Source: Sumerlaeia bacterium
GTDB lineage: Bacteria; Sumerlaeota; Sumerlaeia; SLMS01; JAHLLQ01
NCBI GenBank assembly: GCA_040219255.1
Contig: JAVJSW010000068.1
Location: 32,001-96,000, forward strand
Reading direction: 5' to 3'
DNA length: 64,000 nucleotides
Numbering within the stretch: the first letter of the stretch is position 1; every line of letters begins with the position of its first letter. The notes under the pieces are model-generated. The model was not told the origin of the DNA, ran no database searches, and worked only from the letters and a program-made list of their open reading frames with translations. Shown here piece by piece: positions 40,848 through 50,700 of the stretch. The position numbers were made by a program, and so were the translations under genes.

Positions 40848-41031
40848 TGTCGAATCCCTTCCACAACATCTCCTCTTCTGCCTCAGAGGAAGCCCAGTCG
40901 CAAGTCCGAAAGGGAAGAGTCGCACATGCCGAGGAATTTGCGACAGGGAAATCAAATCCACTCCGGTCCATAAATGGGTGCGCCTTGGTCTGGCTTGACC
41001 CGGCGGCGGGGCCGGGCGTCTCGTTCTGGCC

Positions 41032-41823
41032 ATGCTCGACGCCCTGACAAAATCCCGGCCGCTCCTCTTTCTGCTCATCAAGCGTGACTTGCAGGCCCGC
41101 TATGCGGGCAGCGCCGCAGGCGTGCTCTATCACGTGATTCAGCCCCTGGTGCTGATCGTCATCTACATCGCGATTTTCTCGCACCTGATGGCTTCCAAGG
41201 GGGGCGCCGGCGTTTCGCGCTTCGATTACGCCATTCATCTCACCAGCGGCATCATTCCCTGGTTCCTGTTCAGCGAAGTGCTGGGCCGGTGCACTACGGC
41301 GATGGCCGATCACGCCGAGTTCCTGAAGAAAATGGCGGTCCCCGAAGTCGTCGTCCATGTGGCGATTTACCTGCAAAGCCTCCTGATTCATGGTGGTTCG
41401 ATGCTCGCGCTGGCGGCGCTGCTGTATGTGGCGGGGGGGCCCATTACTCCGGTCTTCTGGCTGGCGCTGCCGATCATGGCGGCGCTCGGGCTGGTGGCGC
41501 TGGGGGTGGGCATGGTGCTGAGCGTGCTGCACCTGGTGGTCAAGGACGTGGGTCCGCTGGTGCAGATCGGGTTGCAGTTCGCCTTCTGGCTGACGCCCAT
41601 CGTGTACCTCTTCAGCGTGGTCGAGAGCGCCGGCCTGGGCATTCTGCCACGCATCAATCCGGTCTTTCCGTTCATCTCCCTCATCCAGCGCCTCTACGGA
41701 TCGCCCAGTCATGCCTTCCAGACCGACGCGTACCCGCTGCTGATCATCCTGCCGCTGTTCGCGATGGGGTTCGGATTGCGGTTTCTGGAGCGCCATCGCA
41801 GCGAAGTCCTCGATCAACTCTAG
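41032..41823 (+). CDS. ABC-2 polysaccharide export permease (Wzm/TagG-like)
   Basis: RDLQARYAGS, PWFLFSE, FWLTPIVY, INP; about six TM segments. Confidence 0.85.
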   Translation: MLDALTKSRPLLFLLIKRDLQARYAGSAAGVLYHVIQPLVLIVIYIAIFSHLMASKGGAGVSRFDYAIHLTSGIIPWFLFSEVLGRCTTAMADHAEFLKKMAVPEVVVHVAIYLQSLLIHGGSMLALAALLYVAGGPITPVFWLALPIMAALGLVALGVGMVLSVLHLVVKDVGPLVQIGLQFAFWLTPIVYLFSVVESAGLGILPRINPVFPFISLIQRLYGSPSHAFQTDAYPLLIILPLFAMGFGLRFLERHRSEVLDQL

Positions 41824-41945
41824 GTGTCTCAAGCCTTTGATTTATCGCCACGGTCGGGCCTTGCTTTGCGGCGGGTGATCGCGTAAACGCGAGGGCCGCC
41901 GCCGCGGGAGATACCTATCTTTGTCGAAACGGGAGGACAGCGAAC

Positions 41946-43301
41946 ATGTTGGGCAATCTGCTGGCTCCTGAAATCGAGGAACTCCTCGCCGCCCGCGACT
42001 ACCGCGCGGCCAAGACCCTCCTGGGCGACCTGACGGCTCAGGACCTGGCCGATATCATCACCGATCTGCCCAACAAGCACACCACCATGGTGTTCCGCCT
42101 CCTGCCCAAGGACAAGGCGGCGGACGTTTTCGAGTACCTGGAATTCAGCGCCCAGGAGGAACTCCTCGACGAGCTGAAGAGCGAGGAAGTCGCCCACATT
42201 CTCGAAGAGATGGACCCGGACGACCGCACCGCGCTCCTCGAAGAATTGCCGCCCAAGGCGGCCAGCGCATTGATCGCGATGCTTTCGCCCGAGGAACGCC
42301 GCATCGCCACCACGCTCCTCAATTACCCCGAGGAAAGCGTCGGGCGTCTGATGACAACCGACTTCGTCTATCTACACCCCGAGATGACGGTGCTGGACGC
42401 GCTGAAGAAGGTGCGCCGCATCGGCATCGACCGCGAGACCGTGTACGCTCTCTATGTGGTGGACAAGGCTCGGACCCTCCTGGGCAGTGTGTCGTTGCGC
42501 CGCATCGTCACCAGCGATCTCGAACAGGTCGTGGGCGATCTGATGGTCAGCGACCCGCCGAAAGTCACCACCACGGACGACCGCGAGGACGCCGCCGAGC
42601 TGATCCGGCGCTACGACTTGATCGCCCTGCCGGTGGCCGATCAGACGGGCAAGCTGGTCGGTATCGTCACCGTCGACGATTTGCTCGACGTGATCGAGGC
42701 GGAGCACACCGAGGACGTGCAGATGCAGGCGGCCGTCCTGCCGGACGAGCGCAGTTATCTGGAGGCGACGGTTTTCGGGTTGGTGCGGCGGCGGATCGTT
42801 TGGCTGGTGCTGCTCCTTGGGGCGGAAATGATCGGTGTCCTTTTTCTGAGACGATACGAGGAGACGCTGAGCGCCTACATCGCGCTGGCGCTTTTCCTGC
42901 CGGTGATGATCGCCACCGGCGGCAATACGGGGACGCAGAGCGCGGCCCTGGTGATCCGCGCCATCGCCACCGGCGAAATCGACCTGCGCCACGGCATGAA
43001 GGTGCTGGGGCGCGACCTGGTGGTGGGGGTTGTGCTGTCCGTGACGTTGGGGGTTCTGGCGGGGTTGCTGTGCTGGGCGATGAGCGGTATGGGCGTCATC
43101 GGGTTGTGCGTGGGGTGCGGTCTGGCGGCCATCATCGTCATGTCGAACCTCGCGGGGACGTTGCTGCCGCTCGTTTTCGAGCAGCTCAATATGGATCCGG
43201 CGCTGATGTCGGGGCCGTTCATCAGCACATTGGTGGACGTGTTCGGGCTGGTGATCTATTTGCAGATCAGTCTGGCGATCATCGCGAAGTTCGGAAGCTA
43301 A
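41946..43301 (+). CDS. mgtE: Magnesium transporter
   Basis: N-domain, CBS pair, GGNTGTQS, DPALMSGPFISTLVD. Confidence 0.95.
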   Translation: MLGNLLAPEIEELLAARDYRAAKTLLGDLTAQDLADIITDLPNKHTTMVFRLLPKDKAADVFEYLEFSAQEELLDELKSEEVAHILEEMDPDDRTALLEELPPKAASALIAMLSPEERRIATTLLNYPEESVGRLMTTDFVYLHPEMTVLDALKKVRRIGIDRETVYALYVVDKARTLLGSVSLRRIVTSDLEQVVGDLMVSDPPKVTTTDDREDAAELIRRYDLIALPVADQTGKLVGIVTVDDLLDVIEAEHTEDVQMQAAVLPDERSYLEATVFGLVRRRIVWLVLLLGAEMIGVLFLRRYEETLSAYIALALFLPVMIATGGNTGTQSAALVIRAIATGEIDLRHGMKVLGRDLVVGVVLSVTLGVLAGLLCWAMSGMGVIGLCVGCGLAAIIVMSNLAGTLLPLVFEQLNMDPALMSGPFISTLVDVFGLVIYLQISLAIIAKFGS

Positions 43302-43855
43302 CCAGGCCCTCGGTCGAGGACGTGGCGGACGCTGAGGAACCCGGCGGGCGCCACCAGCCAATCGGGATCCGGCGAGTCGACGGACGCGCGGGCGCGGTGC
43401 TCTTCCGGGGTGACCCAACGCACCGCCGTGACCTCCGCCGGGTCGGGCGAGAGGCTGCCGGGATCGACTTGCGCCGAGAAGATGTGGATGAACTCCCAAC
43501 CCGTCTCGAGCGACGGCGAGAACACGCCTTCATGGCGTAAGTTCTCCGGCTTCAGGGAAACGCCCATTTCCTCGCGCGCCTCGCGGAGGGCCGTGGCGAG
43601 GTAACTCTCGCCTGGATCGACGTGGCCGCCGACGCTGATGTCCCATCGGCCGGGAAAGCGGTCCTTGGCCATGGAGCGGCGCTGCATGGCAAATCGCCCC
43701 GCCCCATCCCAGAGCAGCACATGGACGGCGCGATGCCACAAATCCCGCGCGTGGATTTCGGCCCGCGTCGCGAGCCCCACAACGCGGTCTTCCGCGTCGA
43801 CGACCTCGAGGAGATCGGTGTCGGTGTGAGAGAGATGGTAACCGAGTTCGCTCAT
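43298..43855 (-). CDS. NUDIX hydrolase (IDI/YfcD-like)
   Basis: HRAVHV, GGHVDPGESYLATALREAREEMG. Confidence 0.85.
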   Translation of the reverse strand: MSELGYHLSHTDTDLLEVVDAEDRVVGLATRAEIHARDLWHRAVHVLLWDGAGRFAMQRRSMAKDRFPGRWDISVGGHVDPGESYLATALREAREEMGVSLKPENLRHEGVFSPSLETGWEFIHIFSAQVDPGSLSPDPAEVTAVRWVTPEEHRARASVDSPDPDWLVAPAGFLSVRHVLDRGPG

Positions 43856-43959
43856 GGGACGGCACTCCGGAAAGGATGAGTGGAGCCTAGGCGAAGAGAT
43901 GGCGAAAAGTCAAGCGGGAATTCGCAAAAAATTCGCCGCCCCCCTAATCTTTACAGAAA

Positions 43960-44255
43960 TCACCGATGAGACGCAGAGAACGCAGAGATGATTGGCGCTT
44001 CTGAAGTTCGCCGAAACAACCGGCGGGCCTCGGTTCCTGGCTGGATGACTGGAAAACGGCGGCCGATTCTTTTCAAAAGAAATGATCGATGCAGAAAAAT
44101 GCCAGAATTGGCGCGACTTTCTTTGGGTCTGGCAAGTATTCTGTCTTGGGATTCATTTGTATCCTTCTGATTTCGTTTGACTTGATACAGACAACCCACT
44201 TTCTCAACTGCACCTTTCAAATGATCTCTGTGGAACCTCTGCCCTCTGTGGTGAA
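43960..44255. repeat. Inverted pair of family-B repeats enclosing an AT-rich spacer
   Basis: tcaccgatgagacgcagagaacgcagaga ... tctctgtggaacctctgccctctgtggtgaa. Confidence 0.55.
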
Positions 44256-44404
44256 GGAGAACGGGGAGGTCCGAGTTCTCCAGGAGAGGCAATCGAAACG
44301 ACCGAAGGGTTTCTGCTTAGGCTCAAGAATTTCAACGGATCACGACCTGCGCCAGGTTGCCATTGCTTGCGGGGTTTCTCGGGGCGCAACGAGTTCACCA
44401 GTCC

Positions 44405-45427
44405 CTAATTGCGCGAGCGACCTCCACCGGAGCGGCTTTGGCCTCCGCTGCGTTCGCTCTGTTGCGCACCGCGCTCGGGGGCGGAACGCTGTGTTTGCTG
44501 GCGTTGGGCCGGTTGCTGGGCGTTACCGGAGCGGCTGGACGATCCTTGCACGGTGACGTTGTTGCCGTCGACGGTGCCGGTGCGGTTGCGCGAGGTGGCC
44601 GCCCAGGGCGATGTGGTGGTCCCGGTTCTGGTCCAGCCGGTTTCCGTCGGGGCCCAGGTATCCATCGAGGTGACTTGCTGGCCCTGTGGACCGGTGCGGG
44701 TGCCCGAGCGGTTCATGGTTTCGCCGGATTTCCAGTAGCTGGAGTCCGAGGTGTAGGTGCGGCCGTCGGGGCCGATAACGGTGCGGGTGCCATCGACGCC
44801 TTCTTCGGTGCGGGTGTATTCGGAGGAACTGGAGGCGGTTTGGCCATTGGGGCCTGTGGCGCTGGAGCTGCCGGTCCAGCCGTCTTCGGTCTGCTCAAAG
44901 AGGGATTGGCTATTCATGGTCCGCCCGCCAGGTCCGTTGGCGGTGGTCCTGCCGGCGACGCCCGATTCGGTGCGCGAGTAAAGCGAGTCGGTGGCGGCGG
45001 TGCGGCCTTGCGGTCCGGTGGTTTCGCTGGAGAGTTGGAACCCCATTTCGGACATGAGCCATTCGATGTCGGTGATGGCGCTGTTGCCCTGGGGGCCGGT
45101 CTGGGTGAGGCGGGCGGAGTTTTCGCCGGTGCGCTCGGCCAACTGGCTCGCGTTGAGCGTCTTGCCGCCGGGCGTCTGCGTTTCCACAAGGCGCAGAACG
45201 CCGTTTTCCACTTCCTCCAGGGCGAAGTAGCGGGTCACTGGCTGGCCGTTGAGGTTGTAGGTGAGGGAGCGCGCTTCCTGGCCCTTGGCGGCGAGGGCGG
45301 TCTGGGCGTCCTGCGGGAGGGCGGCGGTTTTGTCCTGGAGGCGGGCGCGGCGCTCGGCGAGGGATTGCTGGGCGGCGAGGGGGCTGGCCACGAGGGCGAA
45401 AACGGTGAGAGCGAGGACGAAATTCAT
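44405..45427 (-). CDS. Secreted protein with five 27-aa xGPxG repeats
   Basis: Signal peptide MNFVLALTVFALVASPLAA; TGPQG/NGPGG/TGPNG/IGPDG/TGPQG at a 27-aa period. Confidence 0.75.
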   Translation of the reverse strand: MNFVLALTVFALVASPLAAQQSLAERRARLQDKTAALPQDAQTALAAKGQEARSLTYNLNGQPVTRYFALEEVENGVLRLVETQTPGGKTLNASQLAERTGENSARLTQTGPQGNSAITDIEWLMSEMGFQLSSETTGPQGRTAATDSLYSRTESGVAGRTTANGPGGRTMNSQSLFEQTEDGWTGSSSATGPNGQTASSSSEYTRTEEGVDGTRTVIGPDGRTYTSDSSYWKSGETMNRSGTRTGPQGQQVTSMDTWAPTETGWTRTGTTTSPWAATSRNRTGTVDGNNVTVQGSSSRSGNAQQPAQRQQTQRSAPERGAQQSERSGGQSRSGGGRSRN

Positions 45428-45624
45428 AAGGGGCTCCTCGAGAAAGTTGCTGGATTCTTCCCGCTTTCGTTGGCGAATCGGAGGCCGCGAGCGGCGGGAT
45501 TTCGCCGATCGTTGGTATGGCTTGGCTTCCAGACGTTCGCCGATGACCGGGACGATGAAGGCGTACGATAGCGTGCGGCTTTTCGCAATCGGATGTGCGT
45601 TGCGGAACGGGTGGGTCAAATTTT

Positions 45625-45931
45625 TTCACCACGGAGGGGGCACAGAGGACAGAGTTTCGCGGAGATCCTCAAATCTATGACGCGAGAGGCTTGGTGAAGT
45701 CCAATAGAAGGAAGGCTTTGCATTGCTGCTGCCTCTTGTCGCTCGAACTTCTTTTCCTCAGAATCGACAAACTTGTCGATCATTGCGTCCTCCCATCGAC
45801 CTTCAGCCCTTTCGCGAAATAATGAGAGTTGGTTGTAGGAGTCACCCGCACAAGCGTTCGCTGCTCGATTTTTCCCTGCCGGGTCGGAATAACCCCCAAT
45901 TTCTCGGTGTTCTCGCTGGCTCGGCGGTGAG
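45625..45931. repeat. Second inverted pair of family-B-like repeats
   Basis: ttcaccacggagggggcacagaggacagag ... ttctcggtgttctcgctggctcggcggtgag. Confidence 0.5.
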
Positions 45932-46087
45932 TCTTTCAGGAATAGGGCGGGTGGGTTCGCTCAACAGCCGGCCACATTCGGGCCGACAGGTCCCCTTCCA
46001 TGCTTGTCACCCCGCCGCGGTGGTTGTGATTCAGGGGGGCGGACGGGGCGTTTGCCCGCGTCCATTCGCCAGTTCGCGAGGGAAGAT

Positions 46088-47554
46088 ATGGCCGACGATT
46101 CATCGGAATTGGAGAGCGCGATTCCGCCGATGGCGCTGCACCGGAGCGCGCTGTTGGGTTGGCTGTTGCCGGCGGCGGCGATTCTGGGGGTTTACGCGGC
46201 GCTCTCGCTGGCGGAACTGGGGTCGAAAGATTTGAACGTGGACGAACTGGTGACGTCGGCGCTGGCTCGGGTGTCGGCGGGCGAGATTCTCGACGACCGG
46301 CCGCGCCAGGGGCACGGGCCGCTGTACTTTCTGTTGGTGCAGGGGTGGGTCGAAGTGGCCGGCCATACGGTCGAGACCCTTGCGCTGTTCTCGGCGTTGC
46401 TCGGGGCGTTCGGGATCGTAGCGACGGGCTGGGCGGCGAGGGAGTTGGGGTTTGGGCGATGGAGCTGGGTGGCGATGGGGTTGCTGGCGGTGCATCCGGA
46501 GTTCGTTCACCTGGGGCGATTCGTGCGGCCCTATTCGGGTGCGGTGGCCTTTGCGGCGCTGCAGATCGCGCTGGCTGGGTGGGCGTTGCGCGGGGGGCGC
46601 CGGGCGGCGCTGGCGCTGGCGTGTGCGGGTGTGGCGGGGGCGCTTTGGCATCACAGCCTGGTTACCGGCTGGATCGCTCTGGGGTTGGCGGTGGCGGCCG
46701 TGCCGGCCTTGCGCCGGGGGTCGGGCGCGGCGTTGTGGGTGGCGCTGAGCGTGGCGTTGCTCGCGCACGGCGGGATGCTGTTTTGGGTTTGGAAAGCTTC
46801 GCGGACGGTGGCCGACCCGCTGGGCTGGATCGAGCCCGCTGGCTGGGCCGAGTCGCTGTCGGTAATGCTCAAGGTTTTCGGCGGCAAGGATCTCTGGGCC
46901 GGGCGGTTGGAATTCGGGTGGGTTGTGCCGCTGGCCATCGCCGGAGCGATCGGCTGGTGCTTCCAGGCTACGCGGCGCCGGCCCCGGCTCGCGCTGGCGC
47001 TGGCGGGGGCGGTCGTGCCCCTCGCGCTCCTCGGGGCCGTCACGTTGCTGGCGCAGCCGATGTGGCGGGAACGCTACCTGGTGGTTTGCCTGCCGGGAGG
47101 GCTGCTGTGTCTGGTGGCGGGGTTGAGGTGCGTTCCGTGGCGCTGGCCGCGGGCTGGAGGAATCGCCTTGCTGGCGGCGGTGTCGCTGGTTCGGGCGGAG
47201 GGCGTGAGCGAGGAGCGGGGCAGCGGGCTGCGGGAGGTGGTGGCGCGGCTCGAACGCGAACGCCCAGCCCGTGCACCCCGGGCGCCCATCATCACCACCA
47301 GTGCCAACGCCGTGGAGGGCGTGCGTCTGCACAGTGGTGGGCGGCTGGAGGCGTTCTTTCCCGGCCGGGCGGACTACGCGGAAAGCTGGGTCCGGGTCCG
47401 GGAAATCACCGAGGGCGCGGACCACCTGTGGGTCGTTGGCTACCGGAAAGTGGACGAGTTTTTCGGGGCCGAGTTCTGGCGACGGGAGGGCGTGCGGGAG
47501 GTGTGGAGGAAGGAGGAGAACGTTTCGGAGGTGAGGCTGTACGCGCTGGAGTGA
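46088..47554 (+). CDS. GT-C membrane glycosyltransferase (ArnT/PMT-like)
   Basis: LNVDE, HGPLYFLL, RFVRPYS, ERYL; many TM segments. Confidence 0.8.
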   Translation: MADDSSELESAIPPMALHRSALLGWLLPAAAILGVYAALSLAELGSKDLNVDELVTSALARVSAGEILDDRPRQGHGPLYFLLVQGWVEVAGHTVETLALFSALLGAFGIVATGWAARELGFGRWSWVAMGLLAVHPEFVHLGRFVRPYSGAVAFAALQIALAGWALRGGRRAALALACAGVAGALWHHSLVTGWIALGLAVAAVPALRRGSGAALWVALSVALLAHGGMLFWVWKASRTVADPLGWIEPAGWAESLSVMLKVFGGKDLWAGRLEFGWVVPLAIAGAIGWCFQATRRRPRLALALAGAVVPLALLGAVTLLAQPMWRERYLVVCLPGGLLCLVAGLRCVPWRWPRAGGIALLAAVSLVRAEGVSEERGSGLREVVARLERERPARAPRAPIITTSANAVEGVRLHSGGRLEAFFPGRADYAESWVRVREITEGADHLWVVGYRKVDEFFGAEFWRREGVREVWRKEENVSEVRLYALE

Positions 47555-47721
47555 GAGGCTGGCTTTCGCCGGTGAATGGCCGACTAATAGGCTGCTGAGA
47601 AGTGAGATGAGGGCGTTGTTTCAATCCTTCATCGAAAATTTTCGATAGACAACATCCGCTTTCCATTCCAACCTGCGCGCGTTATTGTGAAAATTTTTAG
47701 CCTCCGCGGTTGGAAGTCAAA

Positions 47722-50700
47722 ATGCCAATCCTTACGCGACGCCCCGGCGTCCTGTGCTTGCCGATTCTGGTTCTGTCGGCTCAAGCCCTTCTCGCTCAAG
47801 GCGATTTCAATCAAGACGGAGTCGCCGACTCGGCCGATCTGATCGCCTATCAGGGGGCCGTCGCGGCGGTCGATCCGGCCTCGCCCGAAGCGGTCGACGC
47901 GCTGGACTTCGACCAGGACGAAGTGCTGGGGAAATTGGACTTGGAGATCCTGGCGGGCTGGCTCCTGGGGGAAACGTTCACCCTTCCGCCGGACCTCGAC
48001 GTCACCAATCCGCCGAAGGGAACGATCTACACCGCCACCTCTTCGATGATGATCGAAGGCACCGTGTCCCAAGTTGTCGATCTGGTGATCGGCGACCTCG
48101 AGTTCCCCAACACCACGGGAAGTTTCAGCCGAACCGTCTTTTTCGAGCCGGGGCTCAACATCGTCGAGATCACCGCGTCGGTGCCCGGTGACGACTCGGT
48201 GCCCGACGCGCGCCAGACGCGCGAGGTCGTGCTCGATCTCGATCCGCCCGTGCTGGAAATCACCGCGCCTGTTCCCAACGGTCCCGCCCTCGCGGGCGAA
48301 ATGGTCATGGTGAGCGGCATCGTTACGGATGAAACCCCGACCGAAGTGCGCATCGTCACGTCGCGGGCCAACGTGCGCGCGACCCCCGACATTTTCGGCG
48401 AATGGTCCACAGAGGTTCCGGTCGAGCCCGGACTGCGCGACATCACCGTGACAGTCACCGATTCCGCCGGTCTGCAGAACAGCATCGTTCTGCCGGTGCG
48501 GACCTTCCTGTCACCCGAGCAAACGCTGGTCTCCAGCGGCGGAGCCCTGGCCATGCTGCCCGAAGGCGCCATCCCGATGGAAGACATGGTGGTGCGCATC
48601 GACGACGTGGACAACGCGGAACTGGAGGGCATTCTCGGGGTGGACCTGTTGACGCAGGGCCCTGCCGGGGGCTTCGAGGAACTGCCCGAGGGCGCGATCA
48701 TCATGCCGAGCGCGATCATGCTCGAGGTGCAGGACGGCCCCGAACAGGGCGAGCGCCAGTTCATGAAGGACATCGAAATCGCCCTGCCCAACACGGCCAA
48801 CGCCAGCAATCAGATGCCGCTTTGGATTTTCCAGATTCAGCCCGACGCCGACGGCGACGGCGAACCGCAACTTGGTCTCGTCTCACGCGCCCGGGTCAGC
48901 GACGACGGCCAGTTCATCGTCCCCATCACCGACGGCGACAGCCCAGCGGACGAGGCTCTGCCCGGGTTCCTCGATGGCGCGAACCCGCGCTTCGATGAGA
49001 CGACCCTCGGCCAGGTGGAAGCGGCCAAGGCGGTGCAGAACCTCAAGGCGCGGCTTGAAGGCAAAGCCGCCTTCGATCCGCTCGCGATGAACGTGGGTTA
49101 TGCGATTCCGCCCTATCAGGCCGCGATGCCTTCGGCGCTCGACACGATGGAGCCGCCCCCGGTGCCGGCGGCGCTGGCGGATTTGCTGCCCTCGACGAAG
49201 CGTGGGCAGGTGGCGGGCAAGCAGGCTCTTCCCTTCCGCCTTCTCATTGAGGATTACGAGGACCGCATCCCGGTGGGCGTTCCGGACCTGCTGAACTTGC
49301 TTCAGCCTCCTGGCGTGACGTACTTTTCCGCACCGACGACGGCGACTTTTTCCGGGATCGTACCGAATCCTCTCCAGGCCAACGATCTGATTGGGCAAGG
49401 CAACCCCGCCCGGTCCAGCGCGCCACGCATCGTGGGCGGCGTCCCCGTGCGGGGTCAGTTGGGCCCGCACGCGGACCCGGACCGGTTCTCGGTCTACATG
49501 TCCTTTTTTGGCCAGGAGCAGGCCTTCGATCTGATGGCCGCCGGATTCAACGGCACCGGTCAGGTTCAACTCTGCTTCGACACCCGCGGCCTCGCCGCCT
49601 CGAACCAGCAGTTCTCCGTCACCATCCACGATGGAGACGGCCCGGGCGAATTCATCGACTTCACGCCCGCCGACGATTGGCGAGAGATCGGCATCAACAT
49701 CAGCAACTTCGACATCGATGTGACCGATATGCGGCGCATCGAATGGCGCCTGACCGGGCCGAGCGGCTCGCCGGTGAACTGGAACCTCGATCACGTCGTC
49801 CTCAAGTCGACCGTCGAACTCAGCCCGCCCCCCACCGAACCCCCGCCGCCGACGCCCACGCCGACGGGCACGATCGTCGATCCGACACCTCCGCCGACCC
49901 CTCATCCAACCGCGACGACGGAGCCGCCGGTGACGCCGACGCCTTCGCCCACGCGGTCGACGACGGGCGGCGATCCGACGCCGACGCCGGGACCGACCTC
50001 GCCACCGACACCCGGGCCGGACGAAACGCCCACGCCCATGCCGACGGCGACTCCGCCAATGCCGACGCCTCCGCCGGACCGGCCCAAGACGCAGGTCACG
50101 TTCTACTGCTGTGCCGCTTCCGCCGTCATTCCCTATACGGGTAAGACGAAGTGCGACGACGACGAGAACGTGGACCAGCAGCGGCTGCGCGATTGCATCG
50201 CCCGCGAGCAGGCGGCCCTGCGCCGCTGCGAGGCGGATCTCAAGAGACTTCAAGACGAAATCGACCGCCTCGCCAATGGCGGCCTCCAGGGCCACCGAAC
50301 CGCCTTTGGCAGCACCGTCAACGTCGGCGGGGTCAACGTTCCCACCGTCCTCGGCGGCTCCGCCTTCCGCATGTTCCCCTTCCTCAGCCCCGCCTCCAAG
50401 GGTCTGGGTGTGGGACGGGACGTCGCGGTAACCATCGCCGACGGCTACATGTCGGTCGAGGACATCGCCGCCGCCGCTCAATCGGGCGACCGCAATCAGC
50501 AGACGCAGGCGGCCGTCACGACCACGGCGCGGGTCCTCAACAACTCCGTGCGGTTCCTCGCCAAGGACGTGGAAGACGGCCAGATCACGTCGCAACTGCA
50601 ACGGCGCAACGGGTTCAAGAACGCGCTGTCGGCCACCCGCCTCCTGACCAACCTGTACAAGACCGTGCAGGCTGGCTATCAGATGATCGACGCCCTTTAT

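Noticed and set aside
45616-45783. ~55-aa minus-strand ORF with a good SD (gggagga-ATG)
   Set aside because: It runs into a repeat and has no recognisable motif; it may be a decayed remnant and is not supportable as a gene.
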